Shown one piece after another: positions 9,287 to 23,143 of a DNA stretch of 64,000 bases (within the stretch, counting starts at the first letter, position 1; each line of letters starts with the position of its first letter). Under the pieces are notes generated by a model that saw only the letters and a program-made list of their open reading frames with translations, ran no database searches and was not told the origin of the DNA. The position numbers and the translations under genes are program-made. The DNA is from Alphaproteobacteria bacterium (lineage in GTDB: Bacteria; Pseudomonadota; Alphaproteobacteria; UBA828), in assembly GCA_963667785.2 (NCBI GenBank), contig CAXXMU010000008.1, forward strand, positions 68,641-132,640. Reading direction: 5' to 3'.

Positions 9287-10675
9287 TCAGCCTTGCGGCG
9301 CTTGCTCGAAGAAGAAGGACTCGTCGCCGAAGGCGGGTTCGAGCTGGTCGAGCCAGGTGGCCTGCGGATCGAAGCGCGCGAAGAAGGGCCGGCCGACCCA
9401 GTCGGGGTTCCGGCCCTGCAGGAAGCGCAGCACGATGACCTTCTCGCCGCCGACCTCCTGCACGCCCAGCACCTCCACCTTGCCCGGCGTCGCGCTCATG
9501 CTCGGGCCGCGGACGGTGCGGCTCAGCCCCGATACCTGCTGGACGGCGTTCCTGAAGACCTCCCAGCAGCGCACCAGCGGCACCTCGAAATACTGCCTCG
9601 GCCCGGTGTCGCGCTCCACGAACATGTAGTAGGGCACGATCCCGAGACGCACCTGCTCGCGCCACATCCGTGCCCAGATGGCGGGATCGTCGTTGATGTT
9701 GGCGAGCAGCGGCGCCTGGCTGCGGATGACCGCGCCGGTATCGCGGATGCGGCGGATCGCCTCGCGCACCACGTCGGTCCGCAACTCCTGCCAGTGGTTG
9801 AAGTGGGCCATGATCGCGACGTGGCGGCCGGCGCGCACGACATCCTCCATGAGGCGGAGCAGATCGTCCGCGTCGTCGTCGTTGACGAAGCGGTGCGGCC
9901 AGAAGGTGAGCGCCTTGGTGCCGATCCTGATGTTCTGCACGTGGGCCAGCGCCGGGTCGTCGACGAAGGGCCGCAGGTAGCCTTCCATGACCCGGGTCTT
10001 CATGATCATCGGGTCGCCGCCCGTCATCAGGAGGTCGGAGACGTCGGGGCGGTCGGCGAGATAGCGATGCAGGCCGACGGCGTCCTTCGACGCGATCTTC
10101 AGCTCCTTGTCGCCGATGAACTGGGCCCAGCGAAAGCAGAAGGTGCAGTAGGCGTGGCAGGTCTGCCCCTGGCTGGGGAAGAACAGGACGGTCTCGCGGT
10201 ACTTGTGCTGGATCCCGTCGAGAATCTCGCCCTCTTCGGCGGGAATGTTCAGCTCCCGCTGCCCCGCCGGATGCGGGTTGAGACTGGCGCGGATGTCGTT
10301 CGCCGCCCGCTCGATTTCCTGCCTCGTGGCGCCCCGGGTCATGAGATCGGCGATCCGCCGGAAGTCGCCGTCCGACAGCATGCCCCTCTGCGGGAACACC
10401 AGCCGGTAGACAGGGTCATCCGGAATCCGGTCCCAGTCGATAAGATTCTCGATAATGTAGCTGTTGGTTCGGAAAGGCAGAACTGAGCTGACGACGCGCA
10501 TGGCAAATAAATCGTCGTCGGTTACCTTTCCATACTTGGAAATCGATTCCAGGCTTTTCTGTGTTAAGGCCTGATATCGCTCCTTTGGACGTTCGCCCCC
10601 GCGCGGGCCGGAGGTGCGATCCGACCTCTGCGATTGGCGAGCGCGGTCAATTCCCTGGATGACATGAATGTTCAT
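9287..10675 (-). CDS. KamA-family radical SAM aminomutase (lysine 2,3-aminomutase-like)
   Basis: HKYRETVLFFPSQGQTCHAYCTFCFRW (CxxxCxxC), TGGDPM, IRIGTK, QAPLL..INDD, PYYMF, PGKVEV. Confidence 0.88.
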   Translation of the reverse strand: MNIHVIQGIDRARQSQRSDRTSGPRGGERPKERYQALTQKSLESISKYGKVTDDDLFAMRVVSSVLPFRTNSYIIENLIDWDRIPDDPVYRLVFPQRGMLSDGDFRRIADLMTRGATRQEIERAANDIRASLNPHPAGQRELNIPAEEGEILDGIQHKYRETVLFFPSQGQTCHAYCTFCFRWAQFIGDKELKIASKDAVGLHRYLADRPDVSDLLMTGGDPMIMKTRVMEGYLRPFVDDPALAHVQNIRIGTKALTFWPHRFVNDDDADDLLRLMEDVVRAGRHVAIMAHFNHWQELRTDVVREAIRRIRDTGAVIRSQAPLLANINDDPAIWARMWREQVRLGIVPYYMFVERDTGPRQYFEVPLVRCWEVFRNAVQQVSGLSRTVRGPSMSATPGKVEVLGVQEVGGEKVIVLRFLQGRNPDWVGRPFFARFDPQATWLDQLEPAFGDESFFFEQAPQG

Positions 10676-11040
10676 TATTGATCTCCCTTAATGTCACTAT
10701 AGCGTGTACCGGCCAAAATGTGAATGGCGGTCTCGCCCGCGCGCTCAGGCGGCGGCAGCGGCGGCGGTGGGCGTGGCCAGAGGCCCCGGCGACCGTCCGG
10801 GCGCGGGAGGCGGACGGCGGCCGCCCAATTCGAGGGCGCCGACCGCGCTCGCTCGTGCGAACGGTCAGGCCGGAAGCGACGTTCGGCAGAGCGTTGTCGA
10901 GGCCCCACCATGCCTGCGGAATGTGTCCGAATTCGGGCGATACGGCCGGCGAACGAAGCGGGTCGAGGGCATGAACTTGTGCGGCCGGCGCCCCTGCAAA
11001 AAGTTGTCGTCCCGCCGCGGTTCTCGGGCGTTCGGGCGGC

Positions 11041-14625
<3,585 letters not shown>

Positions 14626-14780
14626 GCGCGCTGCCCGCCCGTCCCGGCCATCGAGCCCGCCCCCATCGACCACAAAGATGCGCCCTTGTCCAATCGGACG
14701 GCCATATCCGATAAGGCATAAAGTGGATGCAGGTTTCCCCGCCGATGGCATAGGATGCATACGCTCCTGCACCCTGGAGG

Positions 14781-15635
14781 ATGACCATGACCATTCGGCT
14801 GGTCGACAGGACGGTGGGCATCGGGGACGGCATCGACCTGCACTACGTGGAGGCGGGTTCGGGCAGGCCGCTCGTCATCATTCCCTCCTGGTCGCTCACC
14901 GGGGCGGCCTATCGCCACCAGCTCCAGGAGCTCTCGCAGTCGCGGCGGGTGATGGCCTTTGACATGCGCGGCCACGGTGCGTCCAGCACGCCGGCCGGCG
15001 GCTACAGGGTCAGCCGGCTCGCGGCCGACCTGCGCGCCGTGATCGAGCGGCTGGGCCTCGACGAGGTCGATCTCATGGGCCACTCGATCGGCTCGTCGAT
15101 CATCTGGAGCTACATCGACCTCTTCGGCGAGGACCGGCTTGGGCGTCTCGTCTTCGTCGACCAGGCGCCGTCGGTCACCGCGAAGGCGGACTGGTCGGCG
15201 GAAGAGCGCGTCACCTATGGCTGCCTGCTGCCCGATCTCGACGCGCTTGCCGAGTTCTACCTGCAGGTTCTGGCGGCACAGACGCCCGAGGCCACCGTGC
15301 CGGTGATCGCCCGCCTCTTCTCGCCGTCGCTGCCGGCGGCGGAGCTGCTCTGGTTCGCGCGCGAGATCTGCAAGCTGCCGCGCCGGCATGCGGCCGACCT
15401 GCTGCACGATCACTGCGGGCTGGACTGGCGCGACGTGATCAAGCGGGTGCGGCGGCCGACTCTGGTGGTGGGCGCGGAGGCGAGCATCTTCTCGGCCGAA
15501 TCCCAGGAATGGATCGCGGCGCAGATTCCCGGCGCCGAGATCGAGATCTTCAAGGCCGGCGAGGGCGGCTCGCACTTCATGTGCTACGAGAACCCGGCCA
15601 AGTTCAACGCGCTGGTGGACGCCTTCCTCTCCTGA
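14781..15635 (+). CDS. Alpha/beta fold hydrolase
   Basis: DMRGHGAS, GHSIG nucleophile elbow, C-terminal GSHFMCYENP; GGAGG upstream. Confidence 0.9.
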   Translation: MTMTIRLVDRTVGIGDGIDLHYVEAGSGRPLVIIPSWSLTGAAYRHQLQELSQSRRVMAFDMRGHGASSTPAGGYRVSRLAADLRAVIERLGLDEVDLMGHSIGSSIIWSYIDLFGEDRLGRLVFVDQAPSVTAKADWSAEERVTYGCLLPDLDALAEFYLQVLAAQTPEATVPVIARLFSPSLPAAELLWFAREICKLPRRHAADLLHDHCGLDWRDVIKRVRRPTLVVGAEASIFSAESQEWIAAQIPGAEIEIFKAGEGGSHFMCYENPAKFNALVDAFLS

Positions 15636-15653
15636 AACCCTGCCCGGTGCGGT

Positions 15654-15682
15654 TTGACAGCTTTCGGCCTTTTTCCTAGCGT
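15654..15682 (+). promoter_or_regulatory. Putative sigma70 promoter of cofC-fbiC
   Basis: TTGACA, 17 nt spacer, TAGCGT. Confidence 0.5.
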
Positions 15683-15729
15683 CGCGCACCGGCACGCGGC
15701 CCGCCGGCGCCGGCGAGCAAGCCCGCACA

Positions 15730-15765
15730 ATGGCCCAGGGGATGGCCCAGGGAATGGCCCAGGGG
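15730..15765 (+). repeat. 3 x 12-bp tandem repeat ATGGCCCAGGG(G/A)
   Basis: Read directly; lies just upstream of the cofC GTG. Confidence 0.85.
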
Positions 15766-15773
15766 AAGGCGAC

Positions 15774-16454
15774 GTGAGGATCGGGGCGGTGCTTCCGGTC
15801 AAGGACTTCAGCCAGGCCAAGCAACGGCTGGCGTGCCTCCTCGGTGCGGCGGAACGCCGGCGGCTGGCTCACGCGATGGCGGACGACGTGCTGGCCACCC
15901 TTTCGCGGGTGCGGGGGCTCTCGGAAATCGTCGTGGTGACCCGCGACCGGGAGGCGCGCGCGCTCGCCGCCCGTCACGGGGCGCGGGTGCTCGCCGAGCC
16001 CTCGAACGACGGCCAGAGCGAGGCCGTGGCCAGGGCGGCCGCGGCGCTGCAGGAGTCCGGCACGGGCGGCCTGCTCCAGGTGCCGGGCGACGTGCCGGGC
16101 GCGAGCGCAGACGAGATCGAGACGGTGCTGGCGAGCCACGGCGGCGGGTGCGACGGCGGGCCGGCGGTGACCTTGGTGCCGGCGCACGACCGGCGCGGCA
16201 CCAACTGCGTGCTCTGCTCGCCGCCGGGCGCGCTCCCCTTCGCCTTCGGGCTCGAGAGCTTCGGCCCTCACTGCGAGGCGGCGCGGGCGCAGGGCATCGC
16301 GCCCCGGATCGTCCCGCTGCCGGGCCTCGGCCTCGACATCGACACGGCCTGCGACCTGCGCGCCTTCATCGCGAGGCCGGTTGCCGGCCGCACCCTGGAC
16401 TATCTCCGCGAAAGCGGCATCGCCGCGCGTCTCCTGGTCACCGACGCGGCCTGA
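15774..16454 (+). CDS. cofC: 2-phospho-L-lactate/PEP guanylyltransferase (F420 biosynthesis)
   Basis: VLPVKDFSQAKQRL, PGDVP, RRGTN, FGLESF..H, LDIDT..DL; adjacent to FO synthase. Confidence 0.9.
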   Translation: MRIGAVLPVKDFSQAKQRLACLLGAAERRRLAHAMADDVLATLSRVRGLSEIVVVTRDREARALAARHGARVLAEPSNDGQSEAVARAAAALQESGTGGLLQVPGDVPGASADEIETVLASHGGGCDGGPAVTLVPAHDRRGTNCVLCSPPGALPFAFGLESFGPHCEAARAQGIAPRIVPLPGLGLDIDTACDLRAFIARPVAGRTLDYLRESGIAARLLVTDAA

Positions 16455-16459
16455 GGCGG

Positions 16460-18931
16460 ATGCTGGAGACGACCCGCGATCTGCTCACGGCGGTGAGGGA
16501 GGGCCACCGCCCGGAGCCGGGCGAGGCGCTCGCGCTCGCCGCCGAGAGCGACCTCGACGCCCTGCTCGACTGCGCGGCCGCGCTGCGCGACCGGGGACAT
16601 CCGGACCTCGTGACCTATTCGCGCAAGGTCTTCATCCCGCTCACCCATCTCTGCCGCGACGTCTGCCACTACTGCACCTTCGCCCGGCCGCCGCGCCGCG
16701 GCGAGGCCGTCTTCATGACGCCGGACGAGGTGCTGCGGGTGGCGAAGGCGGGTGCGGCCGCCGGCTGCAAGGAGGCGCTGTTCACCCTCGGCGACAAGCC
16801 GGAGCTGCGCTATCGCGCAGCCAGGGAGAGCCTGGAGGCGCTCGGCCACGGGAGCACGCTCTCCTACCTCGCCGCCATGGCGCAGCTCGTGCTGGACGAG
16901 ACCGCGCTGCTGCCGCACCTCAATCCGGGCGTGCTGGGCCGGGACGACCTCAAGGCGCTGCGCGCGGTCTCGGCCTCGCAGGGCATGATGCTGGAGAGCG
17001 CGTCGGAGCGGCTCTCCGCCAGGGGCGGGCCGCACTACGGCTCGCCCGACAAGCGCCCGCAGGTGCGGCTGGAGACGCTGCGCCTCGCCGGAGAGGAGGC
17101 GGTGCCGTTCACCTCCGGCATCCTCATCGGCATCGGCGAGACCCGCGCCGAGCGCATCGAGGCCCTGCTGGCGCTGCGCGAGGCGCACGAGGCCCACGGC
17201 CACATCCAGGAGATCATCGTCCAGAACTTCCGGGCCAAGCCGGGCACCCGCATGGCGGACGCGCCGGAGCCGAGCCTCGACGAGCTGCTCTGGACCATCG
17301 CCGCGGCCCGCATCCTCTTCGGCGCGCACGCGAACATCCAGGCGCCGCCCAACCTGAGCCCCGGCGCGCTGCCGCGGCTGGTGGCCGCCGGGATCAACGA
17401 CTGGGGCGGCGTCTCGCCGGTGACGCAGGACTACGTCAACCCGGAGGCGCCGTGGCCGCACCTCGACGCGCTCGTGCGGGAGACCGCGGCGGCCGGCAAG
17501 ACGCTGGCCGAGCGGCTCACCGTCTATCCGGCTTACGCGCTGGACGGCGCGCGCTGGCTCGCGCCCCCGCTGCAGCCGCGGGTGCTGGCGATGATCGACG
17601 CGAGCGGCCATCCCCGCACCGACGACTGGGTCACCGGCGCGGGCGAGCCGCCGGCGGAGGCCTGCGCGGCGGCGCCGGCCGTGGTCGCGCCCGACATCGA
17701 GCGCCTGCTGGCGCGGGCCGAGGCCGGCGAAGGACTCGGCGAGGACGCGCTGGTGCGGCTGTTCGAGGCCAGGGGCGGCGCGTTCGACGCGGTCTGCGCG
17801 GCCGCCGACGGGCTGAGGGCCGCGCGCAGCGGCCCCGAGGTCAGCTACGTGGTCAACCGCAACATCAACTACACCAACGTCTGCTACTTCCGCTGCCAGT
17901 TCTGCGCCTTCTCCAAGGGCAAGCTGAGCGAGAACCTGCGCGGCCGCCCCTACGACCTGGCGCTGGACGAGATCGTGCGCCGCGTGCGCGAGGCCTGGGC
18001 GCGGGGCGCGACCGAGGTCTGCCTCCAGGGCGGCATCCACCCGGACTACACGGGCGAGACCTACCTCGCCATCTGCCGCGCCATCAAGGAGGCGGAGCCC
18101 GCGATCCACGTTCACGCCTTTTCGCCGCTGGAGATCTGGCAGGGGGCGGCGACGCTGGGCCGCACGGTGCCCGACTTCCTCGCGGCGCTGCAGGATGCCG
18201 GGCTCGGCTCGCTCCCCGGCACCGCCGCCGAGATCCTCGACGACGAGGTGCGCGCCGTCATCTGCCCGGACAAGATCGCCACCGACCAGTGGCTCTCCGT
18301 GATGGAGGCGGCGCACGCGCTGGGCCTGCGCAGCACGGCCACGATCATGTTCGGCCATGTCGACGCGCCGCGTCACTGGGCGCGGCACCTGCTGCGCGTG
18401 CGTGCCCTGCAGGAGCGCACCGGCGGGTTCACCGAGTTCGTACCGCTGCCCTTCGTCGCGACGGAGGCGCCGCTCTACATCAAGGGCCGCGCCCGGCGGG
18501 GGCCGAGCTGGCGCGAGGCGGTGCTCATGCATGCCGTCGCCCGGCTCGCGCTCCACCCGGTCATCGGCAACATCCAGACCTCGTGGGTGAAGATGGGGCG
18601 GGCGGGCGCCGCGGCCTGCCTCGACGCTGGCGCCAACGACCTCGGCGGCACGCTGATGAACGAATCGATCACCCGCGCCGCCGGCGCGAGCCACGGCCAG
18701 GAGTTTCCGCCGGAGGACATCGAGGCGCTGGTCGAGGGGATCGGGCGCAAGCCCGTGCAGCGGACGACGCTCTACGGCCGCGCGCCCGCCGCCCGCCGCG
18801 CCGCCGCCCGCGACGCGGCCCCGCTGGCCCCGGTGGTGAACGCGCCGGCGCGGCGCTACGAGCGGCGCGGGGCCGCAGGCGATCTCGTGCGCCCCGGCCT
18901 CGAGGCAACCGCCGCCGCCTCCGGCGAGTAG
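16460..18931 (+). CDS. fbiC: Bifunctional FO synthase (CofG-CofH fusion)
   Basis: TYSRKVFIPLTHLCRDVCHYC and NRNINYTNVCYFRCQFC (two radical SAM motifs), ANDLGGTLMNESITRAAGA. Confidence 0.95.
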   Translation: MLETTRDLLTAVREGHRPEPGEALALAAESDLDALLDCAAALRDRGHPDLVTYSRKVFIPLTHLCRDVCHYCTFARPPRRGEAVFMTPDEVLRVAKAGAAAGCKEALFTLGDKPELRYRAARESLEALGHGSTLSYLAAMAQLVLDETALLPHLNPGVLGRDDLKALRAVSASQGMMLESASERLSARGGPHYGSPDKRPQVRLETLRLAGEEAVPFTSGILIGIGETRAERIEALLALREAHEAHGHIQEIIVQNFRAKPGTRMADAPEPSLDELLWTIAAARILFGAHANIQAPPNLSPGALPRLVAAGINDWGGVSPVTQDYVNPEAPWPHLDALVRETAAAGKTLAERLTVYPAYALDGARWLAPPLQPRVLAMIDASGHPRTDDWVTGAGEPPAEACAAAPAVVAPDIERLLARAEAGEGLGEDALVRLFEARGGAFDAVCAAADGLRAARSGPEVSYVVNRNINYTNVCYFRCQFCAFSKGKLSENLRGRPYDLALDEIVRRVREAWARGATEVCLQGGIHPDYTGETYLAICRAIKEAEPAIHVHAFSPLEIWQGAATLGRTVPDFLAALQDAGLGSLPGTAAEILDDEVRAVICPDKIATDQWLSVMEAAHALGLRSTATIMFGHVDAPRHWARHLLRVRALQERTGGFTEFVPLPFVATEAPLYIKGRARRGPSWREAVLMHAVARLALHPVIGNIQTSWVKMGRAGAAACLDAGANDLGGTLMNESITRAAGASHGQEFPPEDIEALVEGIGRKPVQRTTLYGRAPAARRAAARDAAPLAPVVNAPARRYERRGAAGDLVRPGLEATAAASGE

Positions 18932-18949
18932 GGACGGAGGCGGCAGGCT

Positions 18950-19297
18950 TCAGTCCTCGAGGAGCCGGATCATCATGTGGCGAACGTGATCCTGCCCGCC
19001 GACGAACACCGCCAGGACCCGAACCGTTTTCCCCGCCTCGTCGACGTCGAACCAGTAGATCGCGCGCCCGATGGCCAGGTGCCGCAGGCCGGGCAGGATG
19101 TCGTCGTGGCGCTCGCCCCGGTGGGGGGCGGGCAGGATACGCTCCGCGGCCGCACGGTATTCCAGGACGCGCGTGCCGGCACGGTCGAGCGCGCTCTCCA
19201 GGTCCTCGCCGAACTCGCGGTAGCTTTGCAGAAGGTGGTCGAAGATCAGCCCGAAGTCGCGTTCTGCCTCGGCCGAGAACTCAAGACGATAAGCCAC
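18950..19297 (-). CDS. Type II toxin, RelE/ParE family
   Basis: YRLEFSAEAERDF..I, PHRGERHDDILPGLRH, VRVLAVF.GGQD; overlaps antitoxin stop. Confidence 0.85.
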   Translation of the reverse strand: MAYRLEFSAEAERDFGLIFDHLLQSYREFGEDLESALDRAGTRVLEYRAAAERILPAPHRGERHDDILPGLRHLAIGRAIYWFDVDEAGKTVRVLAVFVGGQDHVRHMMIRLLED

Positions 19298-19556
19298 GCG
19301 CCCGGCGCTTGTCGGCGATCATTCGGGTGAGCCGCGCGTCCATCTCTTCCGCGCTGACGAACTCGCCCTCGCGGCGGCGCGAAAGCAGCGCGCGCAGCGC
19401 TGCCGTTTCCAGCTCTTCGGTCTCCGTCCGCTGGCGCAGCAGGTCGACGCCCTGCTGCAGGACTGCGCTGAGACTGGAATAGCGTCCGGCCTCGACCAGC
19501 GCCTTGGCGAAGGCGTGCTGCTCGTCGGTGAGCGAGATCGAGGACTTGACCGTCAC
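19281..19556 (-). CDS. Type II antitoxin, ParD/RHH family
   Basis: KSSISLTDEQHAFAKALVEAGRYSSLSAVLQQGVDLL; directly upstream of toxin. Confidence 0.85.
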   Translation of the reverse strand: MTVKSSISLTDEQHAFAKALVEAGRYSSLSAVLQQGVDLLRQRTETEELETAALRALLSRRREGEFVSAEEMDARLTRMIADKRRARGLSS

Positions 19557-19693
19557 GGGTGCCTCCTTGCCGCGAAGGTAATACCTGGTAGTACCGCAGT
19601 CAACGGACCCACGCACGCGGGGAGCGCGCCGCAGGCGTGTGCTAGGCTCGGCCCGCGCGAAGCAGGGGCGGCCGGAGGGGAGGAGCAGCGACC

Positions 19694-20149
19694 ATGGCGG
19701 GTTTCACGATCACGGCGACCAACCACACGAGCTTCACCGTCTCCAGCCTCGACCGCGCGATCGGGCTCTTCCAGGGCGCGCTCGGCTTCGAGCTGCTGAA
19801 CCGGTCGCCGCGCGATCCCAAGTTCATCGAGCAGGTGGTGGGGGTGGCCGGTGCCGACATCGAGGTCGCCTACCTGCAGGCGCCGGGCCACCGGCTCGAG
19901 CTGATCGAGTACCGCGGTCCGGCCGACCGCGGCCGGGTCGAATCGCGCCCCTGCGATGCCGGCTTCGCCCATATCGCCTTCGACGTGGACGACATCCACG
20001 AGGCCATCGCGGCGGTGCGGGCCGCCGGCTCCGAGCCGCTGGGGGCGCCGATCACCGTCAACGCGGGCCCCAACAAGGGCGGCCTCGTGGTCTACACGCG
20101 CGATGCCGACGGCATCACCGTCGAGTTCATCCAGAGGCCGCGCGCCTGA
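19694..20149 (+). CDS. VOC/glyoxalase family protein
   Basis: [38 protein letters not shown]. Confidence 0.88.
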   Translation: MAGFTITATNHTSFTVSSLDRAIGLFQGALGFELLNRSPRDPKFIEQVVGVAGADIEVAYLQAPGHRLELIEYRGPADRGRVESRPCDAGFAHIAFDVDDIHEAIAAVRAAGSEPLGAPITVNAGPNKGGLVVYTRDADGITVEFIQRPRA

Positions 20150-20155
20150 CCGGCC

Positions 20156-20773
20156 ATGTTCTACGAGACCGCGCGGAACGATCACGGCCTGCCGCACGAC
20201 CCCTTCAAGTCCTGCGTCGTGCCCCGCCCCATCGGCTGGATCACCACGATGGACCGGGCCGGCGTCCTCAACCTCGCGCCGTTCAGCTACTTCAACGCCT
20301 GCGGCGACCATCCGCCGCAGGTGATGTACGCGCCGAGCGGGCGGCACGCGGAGGGCGGCGTCAAGGACAGCCTGCAGAACGTGCAGGAGACCGGCGAGTT
20401 CGTCGCCAGCCTCGCGACCTGGGAGCAGCGCGAGGCCATGCGCATCTCGTCCAGCCACGTGCTGCGGAGCGTCGACGAGTTCGCGCTGGCAGGCCTCGAG
20501 ACCGAGCCGGCACGGCTGGTGCGTCCGCCCCGCGTCAAGGGCGCGCCGATCCACCTCGAATGCCGGCTCAGCAGGGTAGTCGAGCTCTTGGCAGACGATC
20601 CGGAGCGCTTCCGCAACTGGATCGTGCTCGGCCGCGTCGTCGGCGTCCATATCGACGATTCGGTCATCACCGGGGGGCGCGTCGACCAGTCGAAGTTCCG
20701 GCCCATCGCCCGCCTCGGCTACGCCGACTACACCACCGTCGACAACCACTTCGAGATGCCCTTCCCCGACTAG
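20156..20773 (+). CDS. Flavin reductase-like FMN-binding (split-barrel) protein
   Basis: [40 protein letters not shown]. Confidence 0.88.
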   Translation: MFYETARNDHGLPHDPFKSCVVPRPIGWITTMDRAGVLNLAPFSYFNACGDHPPQVMYAPSGRHAEGGVKDSLQNVQETGEFVASLATWEQREAMRISSSHVLRSVDEFALAGLETEPARLVRPPRVKGAPIHLECRLSRVVELLADDPERFRNWIVLGRVVGVHIDDSVITGGRVDQSKFRPIARLGYADYTTVDNHFEMPFPD

Positions 20774-20826
20774 CCCCACCCACTACATCTTGCATTACGG
20801 CGTCATTGCGCCTACAAGGGGCGCCG

Positions 20827-21789
20827 ATGCAGCCCGCGCTTCTGCCCTCGGTGTTCAGCGACCGGCATCTGCTGGGGATCGAGGGGCTGTCGGCGGGCGC
20901 GATCGGCCACCTGCTCGACCTCTCCGAGAGCTACGTCGCGCTCAACCGCGAGGTGCAAAAGCGCAAGAGCCTGCTCGGCGGGCGCACCGTGCTGCTGCTC
21001 TTCTTCGAGACCTCCACCCGCACCCGCACCTCCTTCGAGCTCGCGGGCAAGCGGCTCGGCGCCGACGTGATCAACATCGCGGTGGCGGTCTCGGCGATCA
21101 AGAAGGGCGAGACGCTGATCGACACGGCGATGACGCTGAACGCCATGCACCCGGACATGTTGGTGGTCCGCCATCCCGATGCCGGCGCCGCCCGCCTGCT
21201 CGCCAACCATGTCGAGTGCGGCGTCATCAATGCGGGCGACGGCAGCCACGAGCATCCCACCCAGGCGCTGCTGGATGCGCTGACCATCCGCCGCCGCTTC
21301 GGCCGCATCCAGGGGCTGCGGGTCGCGATCTGCGGCGACGTGCTGCACAGCCGGGTGGCGCGCTCCAACATCCTGCTGCTCAACACTATGGGCGCGGGCG
21401 TCCGCGTCATCGCGCCGCCGACCCTGGTGCCGGCGGCTGTCGAGCGGCTCGGCGTCGAGGTCTTCCACGACATGCGCGCCGGCCTCGCCGGCTGCGACGT
21501 GATCATGATGCTGCGCCTGCAGCAGGAGCGCATGCAGGGGACCTTCGTGCCGTCCACGCGCGAGTACTTCCGCTTCTTCGGCCTCGACCAGAGCAAGCTC
21601 GCCGAGGCGCGGGAGGAGGCGCTGATCCTCCATCCGGGGCCGATGAACCGGGGCGTCGAGATCGACAGCGCCGTCGCCGACGACATCACGCGGAGCGCCA
21701 TCCTCGACCAGGTGGAGCTCGGCGTCGCGGTGCGCCAGGGCTGCCTCGATGCGCTCAACCGCAACCTCGGCCCTGCGCCGGTCTTCTGA
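20827..21789 (+). CDS. pyrB: Aspartate carbamoyltransferase catalytic subunit
   Basis: [40 protein letters not shown]. Confidence 0.97.
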   Translation: MQPALLPSVFSDRHLLGIEGLSAGAIGHLLDLSESYVALNREVQKRKSLLGGRTVLLLFFETSTRTRTSFELAGKRLGADVINIAVAVSAIKKGETLIDTAMTLNAMHPDMLVVRHPDAGAARLLANHVECGVINAGDGSHEHPTQALLDALTIRRRFGRIQGLRVAICGDVLHSRVARSNILLLNTMGAGVRVIAPPTLVPAAVERLGVEVFHDMRAGLAGCDVIMMLRLQQERMQGTFVPSTREYFRFFGLDQSKLAEAREEALILHPGPMNRGVEIDSAVADDITRSAILDQVELGVAVRQGCLDALNRNLGPAPVF

Positions 21790-21817
21790 TCCGGTGCCCT
21801 GACGCGAAGGCCCGCCG

Positions 21818-23125
21818 ATGACGCCCGAACAACCCACCGCCTACCTCAACGCCCGCCTGCTGGACCCGGACAGCGGCCTCGATACCCCGGGCGCGCTGCT
21901 GGTGAAGGAGGGCGCGATCGCCGATCTCGGCCCAGAACTCTTCGCCGGCGGGGTGCCGGACGGGATCGAGACGGTCGATTGCGGCGGCCACTGTCTCGCG
22001 CCCGGCCTCGTCGACATGCACGTTCACTTTCGCGAGCCGGGGCACGAGCACAAGGAGACCATCGCCACCGGCGGCCTCGCGGCGGCGGCCGGCGGGGTGA
22101 CCAGCGTCGCCTGCATGCCCAACACAAGGCCGGTGATCGACGACGCCGCGCTGATCGAGTTCGTGCAGCGCCGTGCGCGCGAGGCCAAGGGGGTGAAGGT
22201 CTATCCCTTCGGCGCGGTGACCAAGGGGCTGGAGGGGACGCAGCTCACCGAGATGGGGATGCTGGCCGAGGCCGGCGCCGTGGCCTTCTCCGACGACGGC
22301 CTGCCGGTCGCCGACAGCCAGGTGATGCGGCGCGCGCTGAGCTACGCGCGGACCTTCGACCTGATCGTGAGCCAGCACGCCGAGGACCTCTCGCTCACCG
22401 GCTGCGGCTGCATGGCAGAGGGCGAGGTCTCGACCCGGCTCGGCCTGCCGGGCATCCCCGACGAATCGGAGATCGTGGTGGTGGAGCGCGACATCCGGCT
22501 GGTGGAGCTCACCGGCGGCCGCTACCACGTCGCCCACATCTCCACCGCCGGCGCGCTGGAGGCGGTGCGCCGGGCCAAGCGGGCGGGCCTGCCGGTGACC
22601 TGCGAGGTGGCGCCCCACCACTTCGCGCTGACCGAGCACGATGTCGGCGACTACCGCACCTTCGCCAAGATGGCGCCGCCGCTCAGGAGCGAGGCCAACC
22701 GCCGGGCGATGGTGGACGGGCTGAAGGACGGCACCATCGACGCCATCGCCAGCGACCACGCACCCCACGATCAGGAGAGCAAGCGCCTGCCGATGGAGCG
22801 TGCGGCCAACGGGGTGGTGGGGCTGGAGACGATGCTGCCGCTCTCGCTGGAGCTCTACCATGCCGGCCATGTGCCGCTCCGCGACGTGCTGCGCCGGCTG
22901 ACCTGCGCGCCTGCGGACCTGATCGGCATCGATGCGGGCAGGCTCAGGCAGGGTGCGCCCGCCGACCTCGTGCTCTTCGACCTCGACGCCCCCTGGCGCG
23001 TCGATCGCGATGTCTTCCGCAGCAAGTCGGACAACACGCCCTTCGACGGCCGCCCGGTGCAGGGCCGCGTGCTGAGGACGGTGGTGGACGGCCGCACCCT
23101 CTTCGCCGCATCGAACGGCGTCTAG
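21818..23125 (+). CDS. pyrC: Dihydroorotase
   Basis: PGLVDMHVHFREPG, CMPNT.P, KMAPPLRS, IASDHAPH, NTPFDG; follows pyrB. Confidence 0.95.
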   Translation: MTPEQPTAYLNARLLDPDSGLDTPGALLVKEGAIADLGPELFAGGVPDGIETVDCGGHCLAPGLVDMHVHFREPGHEHKETIATGGLAAAAGGVTSVACMPNTRPVIDDAALIEFVQRRAREAKGVKVYPFGAVTKGLEGTQLTEMGMLAEAGAVAFSDDGLPVADSQVMRRALSYARTFDLIVSQHAEDLSLTGCGCMAEGEVSTRLGLPGIPDESEIVVVERDIRLVELTGGRYHVAHISTAGALEAVRRAKRAGLPVTCEVAPHHFALTEHDVGDYRTFAKMAPPLRSEANRRAMVDGLKDGTIDAIASDHAPHDQESKRLPMERAANGVVGLETMLPLSLELYHAGHVPLRDVLRRLTCAPADLIGIDAGRLRQGAPADLVLFDLDAPWRVDRDVFRSKSDNTPFDGRPVQGRVLRTVVDGRTLFAASNGV

Positions 23126-23143
23126 CCGGGGGAGGGGGCCGCC

